DNA of 64,000 nt, taken from NCBI GenBank assembly GCA_032718475.1, contig JAUCBJ010006956.1, positions 62,001 to 126,000 of the forward strand, read 5' to 3'. This DNA comes from Nemertoderma westbladi. Its lineage: Eukaryota > Animalia > Xenacoelomorpha. Position numbers and translations under genes: made by a program. Shown here piece by piece: positions 1-12,500 of the stretch. A model generated the notes under the pieces. The model did no database searches. It worked only from the letters and a program-made list of their open reading frames with translations, and had not been told where the DNA came from. Every line of letters starts with the position of its first letter. Position 1 is the stretch's first letter.

Positions 1-2026
1 AAGGGGTATTCCTCGAGGCTAATATACCGTACACAATATACACTATCAATAAAAAACGACAATATTGTTGTATTGTAATGCATACAATTTTAAATGATCA
101 AGGTACGAGAGACATACATTTTAATCTACATACAATTTTTAAATTCATCTTGTGATTTTAATTAATTGGCACTATAAATTAAATATTTTCAGTGATTTTA
201 ATGTGATTTTAAGCGTGATTTTAACTTAGCCTGCATAGATTCATAAATCTGTAAATTTGATTCGTTAACTAATTATATTTTGTGCCTTGTGTTAAATCAT
301 TAATCTGTTAAATTAAAGTGTTAAATCTTTGGATATGAGGAGTAGCGCCACCCATACCCTCGGCTTCGGGTACGGTAACAGCTATCGACAGATAGAGCTG
401 TCGAAAGAGGAGTTGCCTTCGGGTTACCTTCGGCTTTGGTCGGCTGTTTGCTTCACTTTGCTTTGCTGCTTTGGTACATATCCAGGCAACCTCAGCCAGT
501 AGTGGTCTGGTATTAGTGCCGGTTTCGAATCGATTCACAGGATGGACAAGGAAGACAAAAGACGTCACAATACTGCTATGTCATGATTAAAGTAAAAAAA
601 GCGTCACATATAAACCCTCGAAGCGGCAACTGGCGACAGCAAGACGCCCCGGAAAGCTTTAAGCCCATTGGACCACCAACAAAAACGAAGCAGGGAACTT
701 CCAATAAACTAATTAATGGAATATCTTATTGGACAACTTTATATGTGTGTCTATTAATAGACCATTAGAATTTGAATACTTGAGATTTTAATTTGTAAAT
801 AATATAATAACTTTGAACAGTTTATTATAAATATTTTATAGCGTGTTATAGCTAATTATAAGTATGCCTAAAACATTATTCAGGGTTTTTTTTTCTAAAT
901 ATGTTAGTGAAATTTATTAATAAAAATTGTGATTTCTAAATTTTTAAAACTTGTTTAGAAATATTTCTAAAACTAAAAATTTAAAATAACAAATTTAAAA
1001 TTATCAATTTTACTATACAGTGATTCAAATAAGAACACAGCTACAAATCAGAATTTAACATTAGCCATATATAATTTTTGTTTGTTTATTGTTCATTCAC
1101 CCGAATCGAATCCTTGAATCTCCAAACTTCTATAACATGAAATACGCTTATTTGTGTGTTTTTAATTGTTTCAAAGTATATTGATATAGACTGTGTTACT
1201 CTAAGTCTAAGGGTGTTTTTTGTTGCACTGAACAGAATTCTCTCTTACGGAGGAAACAACCGAAAATGCATGGGACATTATCGTAAGAAAGGCGAATGTT
1301 TTTTTTAATTTTCGAATAGTATGAATTAGCTTCATAAAGGGATGGTGAGGTGGGTATGGCAATGGTTCGAATATAAAAAGGCATTTTTTTTTGTAATGCT
1401 TACTGCCCCAAAATACAAATAAGTAGAATTAAAGTGTAACATTCATTGTGGACTATATTGAAATTAAATTATTAAACAATTATTTTTTGTTGCAACTTAG
1501 TGGCCGCAGTCAGAATTCATATTTTTAACTTATTCATATTTTTTCTCAACCTGTTTTGTGGAATCACAATGGTGGATTACACATGAAAAATTCGAGTATC
1601 TCTATCACAATTTTCAAGGAAACTTATGAAAACTAATGGCTAATTTTAACAATGGTAATTTTAATTTGGTTTTTAGGTACAGTTACATTACAGTCAGTAA
1701 TACATTTAGTAGAAAGGGACCAAGTGCCAAGTGCGACTAATTAGTTCAACATTTTAATATATTATAGGTGCAGAATTTACCGTATGAAAAAATTAAGTAG
1801 AAAACAAGCAATACAACAGTATTTTCATGGCCTACTTTTCACTTTCAATTTTACTTTTCAATTCATTCACGCCATTTGGCATTGGGAAAATTATTTTGGT
1901 TTCCTAAACAAAATTCAATTTTTCTAAATTTTGTCTAAATGAATGATATCAGAAATCCCGTGTTGTACGGCACAAAAAAAGCTAAAGAAAATACCTGACC
2001 GGTGAGTACTATTTTTTTCATTTTAG

Positions 2027-2249
2027 GTTGAAAGAGGTTCTCAGACAGAAGCTGATTGAATGCGGGTGGCGGGATCAGTTGAAAGCATATTGTAAAGAGG
2101 TTGTACGTCAGAAAGGTTTGGAGAATATCACAGTAGACGACTTGGTCGCGGAGATAACGCCTAAAGGAAGGGCCTTGGTGCCGGACAATGTTAAAAAGGA
2201 ACTCCTACAAATGATTCGATCGTTTTTGGCCCAACAGAACCAAATATAA
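2027..2249 (+). CDS. ENY2: ENY2/Sus1 (SAGA DUB module / TREX-2 subunit), last coding exon; upstream exon(s) not found in window
   Basis: Acceptor tttttttcattttag ends at 2026. Translation [67 protein letters not shown] closely matches recalled vertebrate ENY2 ([67 protein letters not shown]). Stop TAA ends at 2249. Confidence 0.95.
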
Positions 2250-2384
2250 TCAAGACTTCTGAGTTTCTATGCATTTTTTGCAATATCTATTTGTTGTGTT
2301 TGAGTTTATATTTTTACTTTATTTAGTTGTAGCTTTGTGTACTTACCTATACTTATTAGTTCATAACGTATAATCACTGTGTTT

Positions 2385-2390
2385 AATAAA
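2385..2390 (+). terminator. Probable ENY2 polyadenylation signal
   Basis: AATAAA about 135 nt after the stop, followed by T-rich sequence. Confidence 0.5.
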
Positions 2391-4054
2391 TTATTTTACA
2401 TTTACACATCTTTTTCTTTCTTACTTCCCATCAGGGGGGGGTCCATTGGGGGACAAGGTGTCTCAACTAATATTGCCATTATTCGCCATTAATAGCTGTA
2501 TCATCAAGTTTCGTTTGTGAGTTTAATTCAATAGATTCATCATAATCTATAATCCTGATTGTCTCATCGGTGAAATTGGATATTCGAATTGTTAAAATAA
2601 TTATAAGTATTTTAATATTATAAATTTCTTAAATATTATAAGTCGACAATATTCGGAAAAATATACATTTAGAATATACAATAATTAAATAAAGTATAGG
2701 ACGAAGTATATATCGTTATTGTATAAATTACAGCGTAATAATTAAATAAAAATTCGTGTAATAATTTTAAGTTATAAAGAATATTTAATTAGGACGACTT
2801 TCCATAATTTACTTCATATTTTAATGTAAACATATTTTCTAAAAATAAGTGTAAAAATGTGAATATTTTACTATATAAATACACACGTAGGTATTACAAT
2901 AAATATTAATAATTTATTGTTAAATTATTGCACAATATTAACTCCAGCACCTTGACATCTGTATTTAAGACAATAAATAATGAGATTTATTAGAATTATG
3001 TTTTTTTATTGTTTAGTCCCATAGGTATTAATGCTAAACAATAATTCGCAGCTTTACGCAATGGAATATTGACCACGTTATTATTGTCCATAAAATAGCA
3101 TTTTATAGCGTTACGGCATTTCCCGAGCGACGGCAACGAGGCAATAAAAAAAAGTAAAAACTTTAAAGTGCTAATAAATTAATGAACAATAGCGAATCTA
3201 ATTGTATTTATTTGTGGGGAATTATATTGTAAGCAAGTGGATGATGTTCGTTGTTTCGAATCACAGCAATTTAATAATTTTTGTTTTTATTATTATAATG
3301 CATGCCAAAGAAATCATGATATTTATAACGCAGTGTGAACGGCGGTCAAGCTAACTTCATCCTTTCTCCCGATAAAAGTTAGAAAATAATTCCACACAAA
3401 TAAGTAAAATTACATAGAAGTTGTGTCCAATATGTGCCTACATCCTAGTAACCAACAAAATCGAATTCGTACGTTTTTGACTAGTGTATGGGGAAACGTT
3501 TTCCATGGGCGATTTTGTTTAAACTATGAATGGTCGCAGTGATCAGTCTGGAGAAATGTCATCACAGGAGTGGAAAAGCTGGATTCACATCCATTCCAAA
3601 ATATCCTTGTTTTCAAAAGTGTAAAATGAAAATCACGAAACATCACAAAATAAATGACAGCAGTCATCCATCAAATAGAGCCAGTCATTTTAAATTTCAC
3701 CATACTGTTGCAGCCACTAACTATAGTAGTAAATATCGCTTAAAATGTTTGTACTGTTTTTACTGTTAATTTTTGTATAAATCGATTTGCTGCAAATTAA
3801 ATCCAAAAACAACAAATATCGCGCCGAGACATTTATTGGATAATAAGCTACGTGTTTCTCGGTAATGAAACTTGGAGAAGTATTTTCAATTAAAGGTAAA
3901 TTATTACAATTATAGGAAAAATGTAGCAAATATATGGAGGGGCTCTAAAAAATATTCAAAACATACTTATTTTCTATATTAGTAACTTAGTCGGTCGCAT
4001 TTTCGTTAATAGAGTTCCGTTGTTTCAGGTTCGTCCGTTTTACTACGTGTTCGT

Positions 4055-6582
4055 TTACGTCGATGATTTGGCGGTGTCTTCCGTCTTTGTCTGTCCCTGA
4101 TTAGGTGCCTTATTCATTAGCTCTTCAGTGGGCTTACTCTCGCTCCATAGGTAACTCTGTCTCACAGCCGGAGACGGCCCTCCAGGGAACGATGGACCGG
4201 AGCCCAGTGGACTGATCGGCGAGTTCGGAGACGGAAGTCCTCCCGGGGCGAAAGTAAACTTGAGTTCGTTCGGGTTCGGCGGTTTCGAGTTCCACTTTAC
4301 CTTTTTATCCGAGGGAGGCGGGGCTGCCTCGACTACGATCTCTTTCTTCACTTTTACCGGCGGTGGTGGTGCAACTTTCTTGGGTTCCGTTGTTTTAGAA
4401 TCGACGGGTTTCACCTCCGAATCGTCGGTTTTTTTCCAGGGATGAGGATCCCCTCCACCACCTGCGATGTAAATCCCCCCGGCCGCTGCGGCTACGCCTT
4501 TTTCGTCGTTCTCCAACGCCTGAGCCTTTCCGACCGATGATTTTCTTGCTTCAGTGGCGAGAACTGACATATTGCTTACTTTGGCATCTACTTCTGGCTC
4601 TTCCTTGGTTTCTTCCGTTGGACTTTTCTCAGTTTTCTCCTCACCCTCAGCTGTTTTTTCTGTTAAATCTTCTTTACTAGCCGATTTATCCCCTTTACCC
4701 TTCTTCTTTTTCTCCTTCTTCTCCCGTTTCTCCCTCTCTTTTCTATCCTTTTCTTCTTTCTTTTTAGCCTCTTTCTCTTTTTTCTCCTGTGCCTTTCTCT
4801 CTTTATCCGTTAATTTAGCCACGACAACAGCTGCCGCTGCAACCTGGCCAACATCACCTTTTTTACTGCCAGTTGTGGGCTCATCTGATTTCTTTGCTTT
4901 ATCATCTACCTTCACTGCTGTATCATCTGCTTTCTTTGCTTTATCATCTACCTTCACTGCTGTATCATCTGCTTTCTTTGCTTTATCATCTACCTTCACT
5001 GCTGTATCATCTGCTTTCTTTGGTTTATCATCTACCTTCACTGTTGTTTCATCTGCTTTCTTAATTTTATCATCTGTCTTCTTAGCTTTATCTTCTGTCT
5101 TTACTGCTGTATCATCTGCTTTCTTGGTTTTACTATCTCCTTTACTTGCGGTATCGTCTGACTTCGGTGTGGTTTCTAGTAACTTTTTCCCAATCGCGCC
5201 ATCTTTCAAGACTTTTCCCTCAGACTTAATTGCTTCCGGCTTATCAACCTTCTTGGATTCATCAGTCTTTTTCTGTTCTGATATGTCTGGTTTGCTAGGA
5301 ATCTTTTCATCTTTCTTTATATCAGGTTTTACTGATGATTCCTGTTTAACAGGGGCTCCTTCAACATCATCTACTTTTTTTACCTTATCGGAAACCTTAG
5401 CAACAATTGTGTTGTCGGTCTCATCCTTTTGGGCTTTTGAATCCTTTTCACTAGAAACATCCTTGGCGTCTTTCATCTCTATAGGTAATTTTTTGTCTTT
5501 TGATACAACTTTTGCACCATCATCTCTCGAACTAGGTGGAACGTCAATGTCTATTATAGTATCTTTTATCTTTGGTTTCACATCTATATCTATCTTAACG
5601 TCATCCACCGATAAGGATTTATCTACATTATTTTCATCAAGTTTTGCCAATACTTGTTCAGGTGTCATTATGGTGTCATTGCCAACAACCTGCTTTGCAT
5701 CAGCTGTTGTTTCTACCTTTGCTTTCACCTCATCTTTACCTTTCATTCCCTCGGTACGGTACTTTACCCCGGCAACTCCGACACCACCAGCGGATTTCCC
5801 CTGAAGATCTTCTTTAACAATTGGGTCTGAACCTTTCTTTGTGTCGTCTTCCATTTGATTAAACTTGTCAGTCAATGCAGAAATGCCACTCCCACTAGGT
5901 TTCGAAATTGAATCATCCTTCTTTACTTCCTTACCATCCTCCAAGGACTTTTCCTTCTCTAAAAACGGCGAAACAACTTTATTTCCTTTTATGACATCAC
6001 TGGGAGCGGATTTCGAATTATTAGTTATTTCTGATGGCTTCTCACCAACTTTATCGATAGCCTTATCACTCACCAAATCTGCAGCTATGGGGTCTTTATT
6101 AATCTCAGCCTCCACTTTATGGACCGCATGTCCACTGTGTGACTTGTCTTTCTCTTCAACTGACTCGTCTGCCTCTTCACTGTGTTTCGCCATCATCGGA
6201 ACAGTCGCTCCTATTTTTGGAAGCGATTTCTGTGAATCTTTCTTTTCTGTCGAGTCAGGCATGTCGACGAATACCGCTTCCCTGCGTCGCGGAGACTCCT
6301 TCTTCTGAGTTTCATTAACCGCGGTAGACGGAGTCGCGTCTCCCATCGGTACTACAATCGGCGTGGTCGGCGTTGTCATGGGGATGATTGGTTGCTGTAC
6401 GATAGCGGATGCGGCGTGGTAGACGTTGGGGTTCGTCTTGTCCTGCTGAAGAACCAGGGGTTCGCTTCCCAGTCCCGAGTTCTGTATGATGATCGGAGTT
6501 ATCGGAGTCTGGGATCCGTCCGGGGCCTGAATATAGACCATGTTGGTGTTCTGGACGTTATAGCCAGTGGTGGGGGTCGCCG
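4055..6582 (-). CDS. TRPC: TRPC terminal exon: about 840-aa low-complexity K/D/E/P-rich cytoplasmic tail
   Basis: Acceptor ttttttttccccag at 6583-6584, phase 1, in frame with ORF 4055..6541. Contains [14 protein letters not shown] repeats and a K/E-rich tract. Confidence 0.85.
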
Positions 6583-9500
6583 CTGGGGAAAAAAAAGTGT
6601 GGAAAAACAGTATGTTAGTAACAAAATATTATACAAACGTAACGGAATAACCCGCATGCGAAAATTCTAATACACCACATAATACATAGGGCAGCAAATA
6701 ATATTAATATTGTTGTAGACTGTATTCACCATATACTGTACAGGCCTATTATATAACAACGTCCAATAGAGTTAATAATGATAATGAAATTACCTTGGAT
6801 AACGTTAACAGAAGGACTTTCGTGGTCAGATACTTTTATATTTGGCGTCCCTTTGGTCTTTTTCTGTAGAAAACTCGGCAATGGGGGCTGGCCTGGTGGT
6901 AGACCAATATCTCCCTAGAAGTATAATATTAAAAATTGTTAATTATAATTAATAGAGCGATTTAGAATAATAATATAGTATGGAAGTAAATAGTGAATAC
7001 AGTACGAACAGTTTTCGCTATTTATTAAAATTATTCAAGTCGTTAGTGTCTTATTAAGTTTTGCACTGTTTTGTATTGGTACAAAAATTTATTGTATGTT
7101 AATGAATTAAGCCATTTATATAAATTTAAAATATATAATAAAATAAATATAATTAAATATTAATTAATTAAAAATAATATAAAGAATAATATATAATATA
7201 AATTTCAGTTATACTGCAGGCAGAGTTATAAAAGGCAGATAGACAGACATACTGTAGCAATAAGTTAATTACTTACCGATGGAATTGATTGCTGAAAAAG
7301 AAATAAAAAATATAATCGAAAAATGCTATACGTACTTTGCTATTTGTGAGATTACAGAATTACCATAATACACTACTGTATGTTAAAAAATACAGTTTTT
7401 CCTCCTTCCCAACCCACTTGCATTCCACTCCCTTGTTAAGGAGGAGGGGGGGGGGGGGGGGGGGGGGTGTTAAGTAATTAACTAGAAATTATTTTATCCA
7501 AATTTATTGATGTTTTTCATACGTATAATTTTTCAAATAAATTAACACAATTTATGTAATTGGCACGTAACACTTTAAGCCGAAAAAAGTGGTCAAAACA
7601 TAAAAGTTTTCAAAAGCATGACATATACATATTTCGAAAGCTCAGAATTGTCTCTTTTTTTTAGTGCTAATCAGAGATAAAGCTAATTAAAACAGGACAA
7701 ATTAAAAAATAAAATGTGGTAAAATTTTACAAATCTGTCTCCCAGACTACAAATCTCAGACAAGTCTACGCTCGACAAGACTACATTTTGTAGTCTTGTA
7801 CAACTTCCAAGACTACATTGTAACCTTGGAAACTTGCTTATTACACATTATTTCATCTTTAAGCCCTTCGTACCTACTATTAAGTTCATTCAATACACTA
7901 TTATTGATTAGACTAAATCAAACAATTACCATTTAATTTAAATTTAATTTAAAATCCGGGATACGCCCCGGCGCTATATTAGATCTCTTAAATTAATTAA
8001 AAGAGTTAAAATGTGTTATATACGGAGCCCAGGAAGGGAAATGGGCTCCGTAGATACAACAGATATAGATGGACATGTAAAAATTAACGGAACTCTACAG
8101 AGCTCTACATAAATAGTCTCGGAATTTTTTTATAGCCTTGAATGTTGATTTCCAAGGAAAAACTTGTCTCAATATTTCGCGTAGTTGTAATAAACGTTAA
8201 CCCAATTTCATACCGCTAATAGATATGATATTTTGGAAGGTTCCATCAAATAGAACATAAAATTTTAGTATAGAAAAATTATATATGAAATATAATACTG
8301 AAATTTCAAGATATAATTTTTTTATGCAAAGAAGATGTTACAGAGGTTTTTCGACACATATATAATTTCCTTACACTTTATACTTGGGTTTCCTGTCGCG
8401 ATAAAATCGAAGGAAATGTACTGCAAGTAGTTTTACTGAACTGCAAATTATATGAGGATCACATGGGTATGTTATATATTTGCTAAACTTGTTTTTAATT
8501 CTTCATTTTCGATATATTATGACGCCACCTCTTCTAAAACAACACAAATTTTATTGACATGTCTACGTTTTTATGTATTTTTAGATTTACTTTCTCATGT
8601 TGTGTATAATTAAATTTGTGCTACAATTTTACAATTTATATATGTTAAAGATAAAAAAATTAGCTTTCGAACGATACTTGAATGACATAAATCCGTTTGG
8701 CAGTTAAGATTTTACAACTTTGACCAAAATCTTGGACATTTAATTCCTTAAAGTGTTACGTGCCGATTACATATTTTTAAAATGCAAAGGATCTTAGATG
8801 GATGGCTAGAATGTCATAATTTGTGCACAATGGGGTCATGAAACGACTGTATGAATTTTGATAAATGCTCCAGTTCAAAAATTATTTAAAAAATATTTTT
8901 TTCGACACATTTTGCAATTGTTACCTAAATTTGACACTTTTGACATATTTCAGCGACCGTGACCAAAATTTAAAAAGTGGTCATAGGTGGTGTTAGGCAC
9001 CCAGTCATCATTTATGCCAAATTTCACGTAAATTAGTTATTTTTTGGTAAAGCCTTTGCAATTTGAAATTTATAAAATGCATTCGCCAGAAAATCTATTT
9101 CAAGTATAATATGGTTAGGGTAAATAGGTTTGTTCATTGAAATGTTAGATATGTAAAGTACACCCAGTTAAACATTTTGTTGCAAGGGTTTTCTTTTGTT
9201 CGAGTGTGCCATATCCTGTCACTCACTCCTTACCTTCCGTTTCGGTTTGGTTTCTGTCCGAGTGTGCCTTATCCTGTCACTCACTCCTTACCTTCCGTTT
9301 CGGTTTGGTTTCTGTCCGAGTGTGCCTTATCCTGTCACTCACTCCTTACCTTCCGTTTCGGTTTGGTTTCTGTCCGAGTGTGCCTTATCCTGTCACTCAC
9401 TCCTTACCTTCCGTTTCGGTTTGGTTTCTGTCCGAGTGTGCCTTATCCTGTCACTCACTCCGTACCTTCTGATTCGGTTTGGTTTCTGTCCGAGTGTGCC

Positions 9501-12500
9501 TTATCCTGTCACTCACTCCTCACCTTCCGTTTCGGTTTGGTTTTTGTCCGAGTGTGCCTTATCCTGTCACTAACTCCTTACCTTCCGTTTCGGTTTGGTT
9601 TCTGTCCGAGTGTGCCCTATCCTGTCACTCACTCCTTACCTTCCGTTTCGGTTTGGTTTCTGTCCGAGTGTGCCTTATCCTGTCACTCACTCCTTACCTT
9701 CCGTTTCGGTTTGGTTTCTGTCCGAGTGTGCCTTATCCTGTCACTCACTCCTCACCTTCCGTTTCGGTTTGGTTTTTGTCCGAGTGTGCCTTATCCTGTC
9801 ACTAACTCCTTACCTTCCGTTTCGGTTTGGTTTCTGTCCGAGTGTGCCTTATCCTGTCACTCACTCCTTACCTTCCGTTTCGGTTTGGTTTCTGTCCGAG
9901 TGTGCCCTATCCTGTCACTCACTCCTTACCTTCCGTTTCGGTTTGGTTTCTGTCCGAGTGTGCCTTATCCTGTCACTCACTCCTTACCTTCCGTTTCGGT
10001 TTGGTTTCTGTCCGAGTGTGCCTTATCCTGTCACTCACTCCTTACCTTCCGTTTCGGTTTGGTTTCTGTCCGAGTGTGCCTTATCCTGTCACTCACTCCT
10101 TACCTTCCGTTTCGGTTTCTGTCCGAGTGTGCCATATCCTGTCACTCACTCCTTACCTTCCGTTTCGGTTTGGTTTCTGTCCGAGTGTGCCTTATCCTGT
10201 CACTCACTCCTTACCTTCCGTTTCGGTTTGGTTTCTGTCCGAGTGTGCCTTATCCTGTCACTCACTCCTTACCTTCCGTTTCGGTTTGGTTTCTGTCCGA
10301 GTGTGCCTTATCCTGTCACTCACTCCTTACCTTCCGTTTCGGTTTGGTTTCTGTCCGAGTGTGCCTTATCCTGTCACTCACTCCTTACCTTCCGTTTCGG
10401 TTTGGTTTCTGTCCGAGTGTGCCTTATCCTGTCACTCACTCCTTACCTTCCGTTTCGGTTTGGTTTCTGTCCGAGTGTGCCTTATCCTGTCACTCACTCC
10501 TTACCTTCCGTTTCGGTTTGGTTTCTGTCCGAGTGTGACTTATCCTGTCACTCACTCCTTACCTTCCGTTTCGGTTTGGTTTCTGTCCGAGTGTGCCTTA
10601 TCCTGTCACTCACTCCTTACCTTCCGTTTCGGTTTGGTTTCTGTCCAAGTGTGCCTTATCCTGTCACTCACTCCTTACCTTCCGTTTCGGTTTGGTTTCT
10701 GTCCGAGTGTGCCTTATCCTGTCACTCATTCCTTACCTTCCGTTTCGGTTTGGTTTCTGTCCGAGTGTGCCTTATCCTGGCACTCACTCCTTACCTTCCG
10801 TTTCGGTTTGGTTTCTGTCCGAGTGTGCCTTATCCTGGCACTCACTCCTTACCTTCCGTTTCGGTTTGGTTTCTGTCCGAGTGTGCCTTATCCTGTCACT
10901 CACTCCTTACCTTCCGTTTCGGTTTGGTTTCTGTCCGAGTGTGCCTTATCCTGTCACTCACTCCTTACCTTCCGTTTCGGTTTGGTTTTTGTCCGAGTGT
11001 GCATTCCCCTTCCACTCCCTCCACTGCGTTTTCTCGCATGGCCTTTCCCCTTTCCATCCTTATCGGTATCATCATCATCTTCGTCACGTTTCCGTAAAAG
11101 TTCAATAACCTCGTAGCGAAACGCCGAAATATCCTGAATAAAAGAAACGAAAGACGAACAAATTAACGTAATACGGGAAAACTTATTGGTTAATCAAATC
11201 GTTATTATCAAAAAATCCAGATTACGTAATATTAATTGCGAAAATTATTTCGTTAATTACAGCTAATACGCTACAATTATATAAAGTGCTAGTTTAAACG
11301 ATGTGAAGAAAATATAATTATTACACCGGTAAAAAGTATGCAATATTTTGTAAAATTTGAAGATATTATGACATCGATAAATTATATTATTACTTTCATC
11401 TCCATAGTCCAGCCCTTGAGCATGATTGGATTTAACGGTCAGGATAAATAAATGTATTAATATTATTTTGAGTACCTCAACACAGTCACTATAGTAACGG
11501 TTCTTCTACATAAATAACCTGTTTAATCTCATTGAGGTCGTCCTCTGTAACTGGTTTAATATCAGCACTCCGCTTCATGCTAGCTATGTAACGCTTCACT
11601 AAGTTACGGATCACTTCCTGTTAGTCGGGTTATTGTAAGAGAAATAAAGGGTTAATTATTGAATTTATAAGGGGATGAGATTGGTTAGTAAGGTAGTAAA
11701 GTGTTAATTGTAAAGGTCATTATGGTTAATAATTAAACCTCTATTTTGGGTACAAGTTAGTTATTATGTTAGATTATTTTATTAAGTGTTAATCGAAATA
11801 TTAGGTGGTTTCAATTAATCAGAAATAAATAATAAAACTTCCTCCAATGCTAGGTGCTATGGAAGTAGAAAGTGACAACTTGGAGTGAATTAAACTCATT
11901 TTTCCCGAACCTGTTTTATCTCGTTTAAATCGTCCTCTGTTACGGGATGAATATCGGCGTTTCGTTTTACCGAGATTATGTAACGCTTCACAATGTTGCT
12001 CATTACATCCTTGTTGTAATTAATTAGGTCATTAAATAAATAAAAATTGAATATTAATACGCAAAAATAATGCTATACGTAATGGCATTAAGTGATAACA
12101 AAAGTAATGTAATAATTATAACTATAGCGAATATTTATCTCTACTATACAATAGGTCCGTACCTGGTACTTTCTATCCGAATCTGCTAATTTCGTGGCGA
12201 GTTTCGTAATATTCCTTAGTCGATCTCCTTTCATTCCACCCGGAACCATGCGGAGGGCTACCCATTTACCGAAGTAGAAGAACGATTTGGGACTGGGGAT
12301 GATGTTAAATGGGGGTGGTAAGGTGGCCCCGTCGTCAAAGTAACTCATCCACAGACGAGAGCGAGCGAACTTCCATTCCACATCCGCGTGATCCTAAACA
12401 ACAACCTTATAATGACTTCCCCGTACACTGTACAGTAACTCTACCACGCTACAAAGTACAATAACTCCTCCAAGCTATACTCTACAGTGACTCTACCTTG

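Noticed and set aside
4554-6308. Hydrophobic + strand ORFs (416 aa, 147 aa)
   Set aside because: Antisense shadows of the Lys/Asp/Glu-rich TRPC terminal exon.
9177-11116. Cys/Leu-rich ORFs in all three + frames
   Set aside because: Translations of the 58-bp array; the same peptide cycles through the frames.
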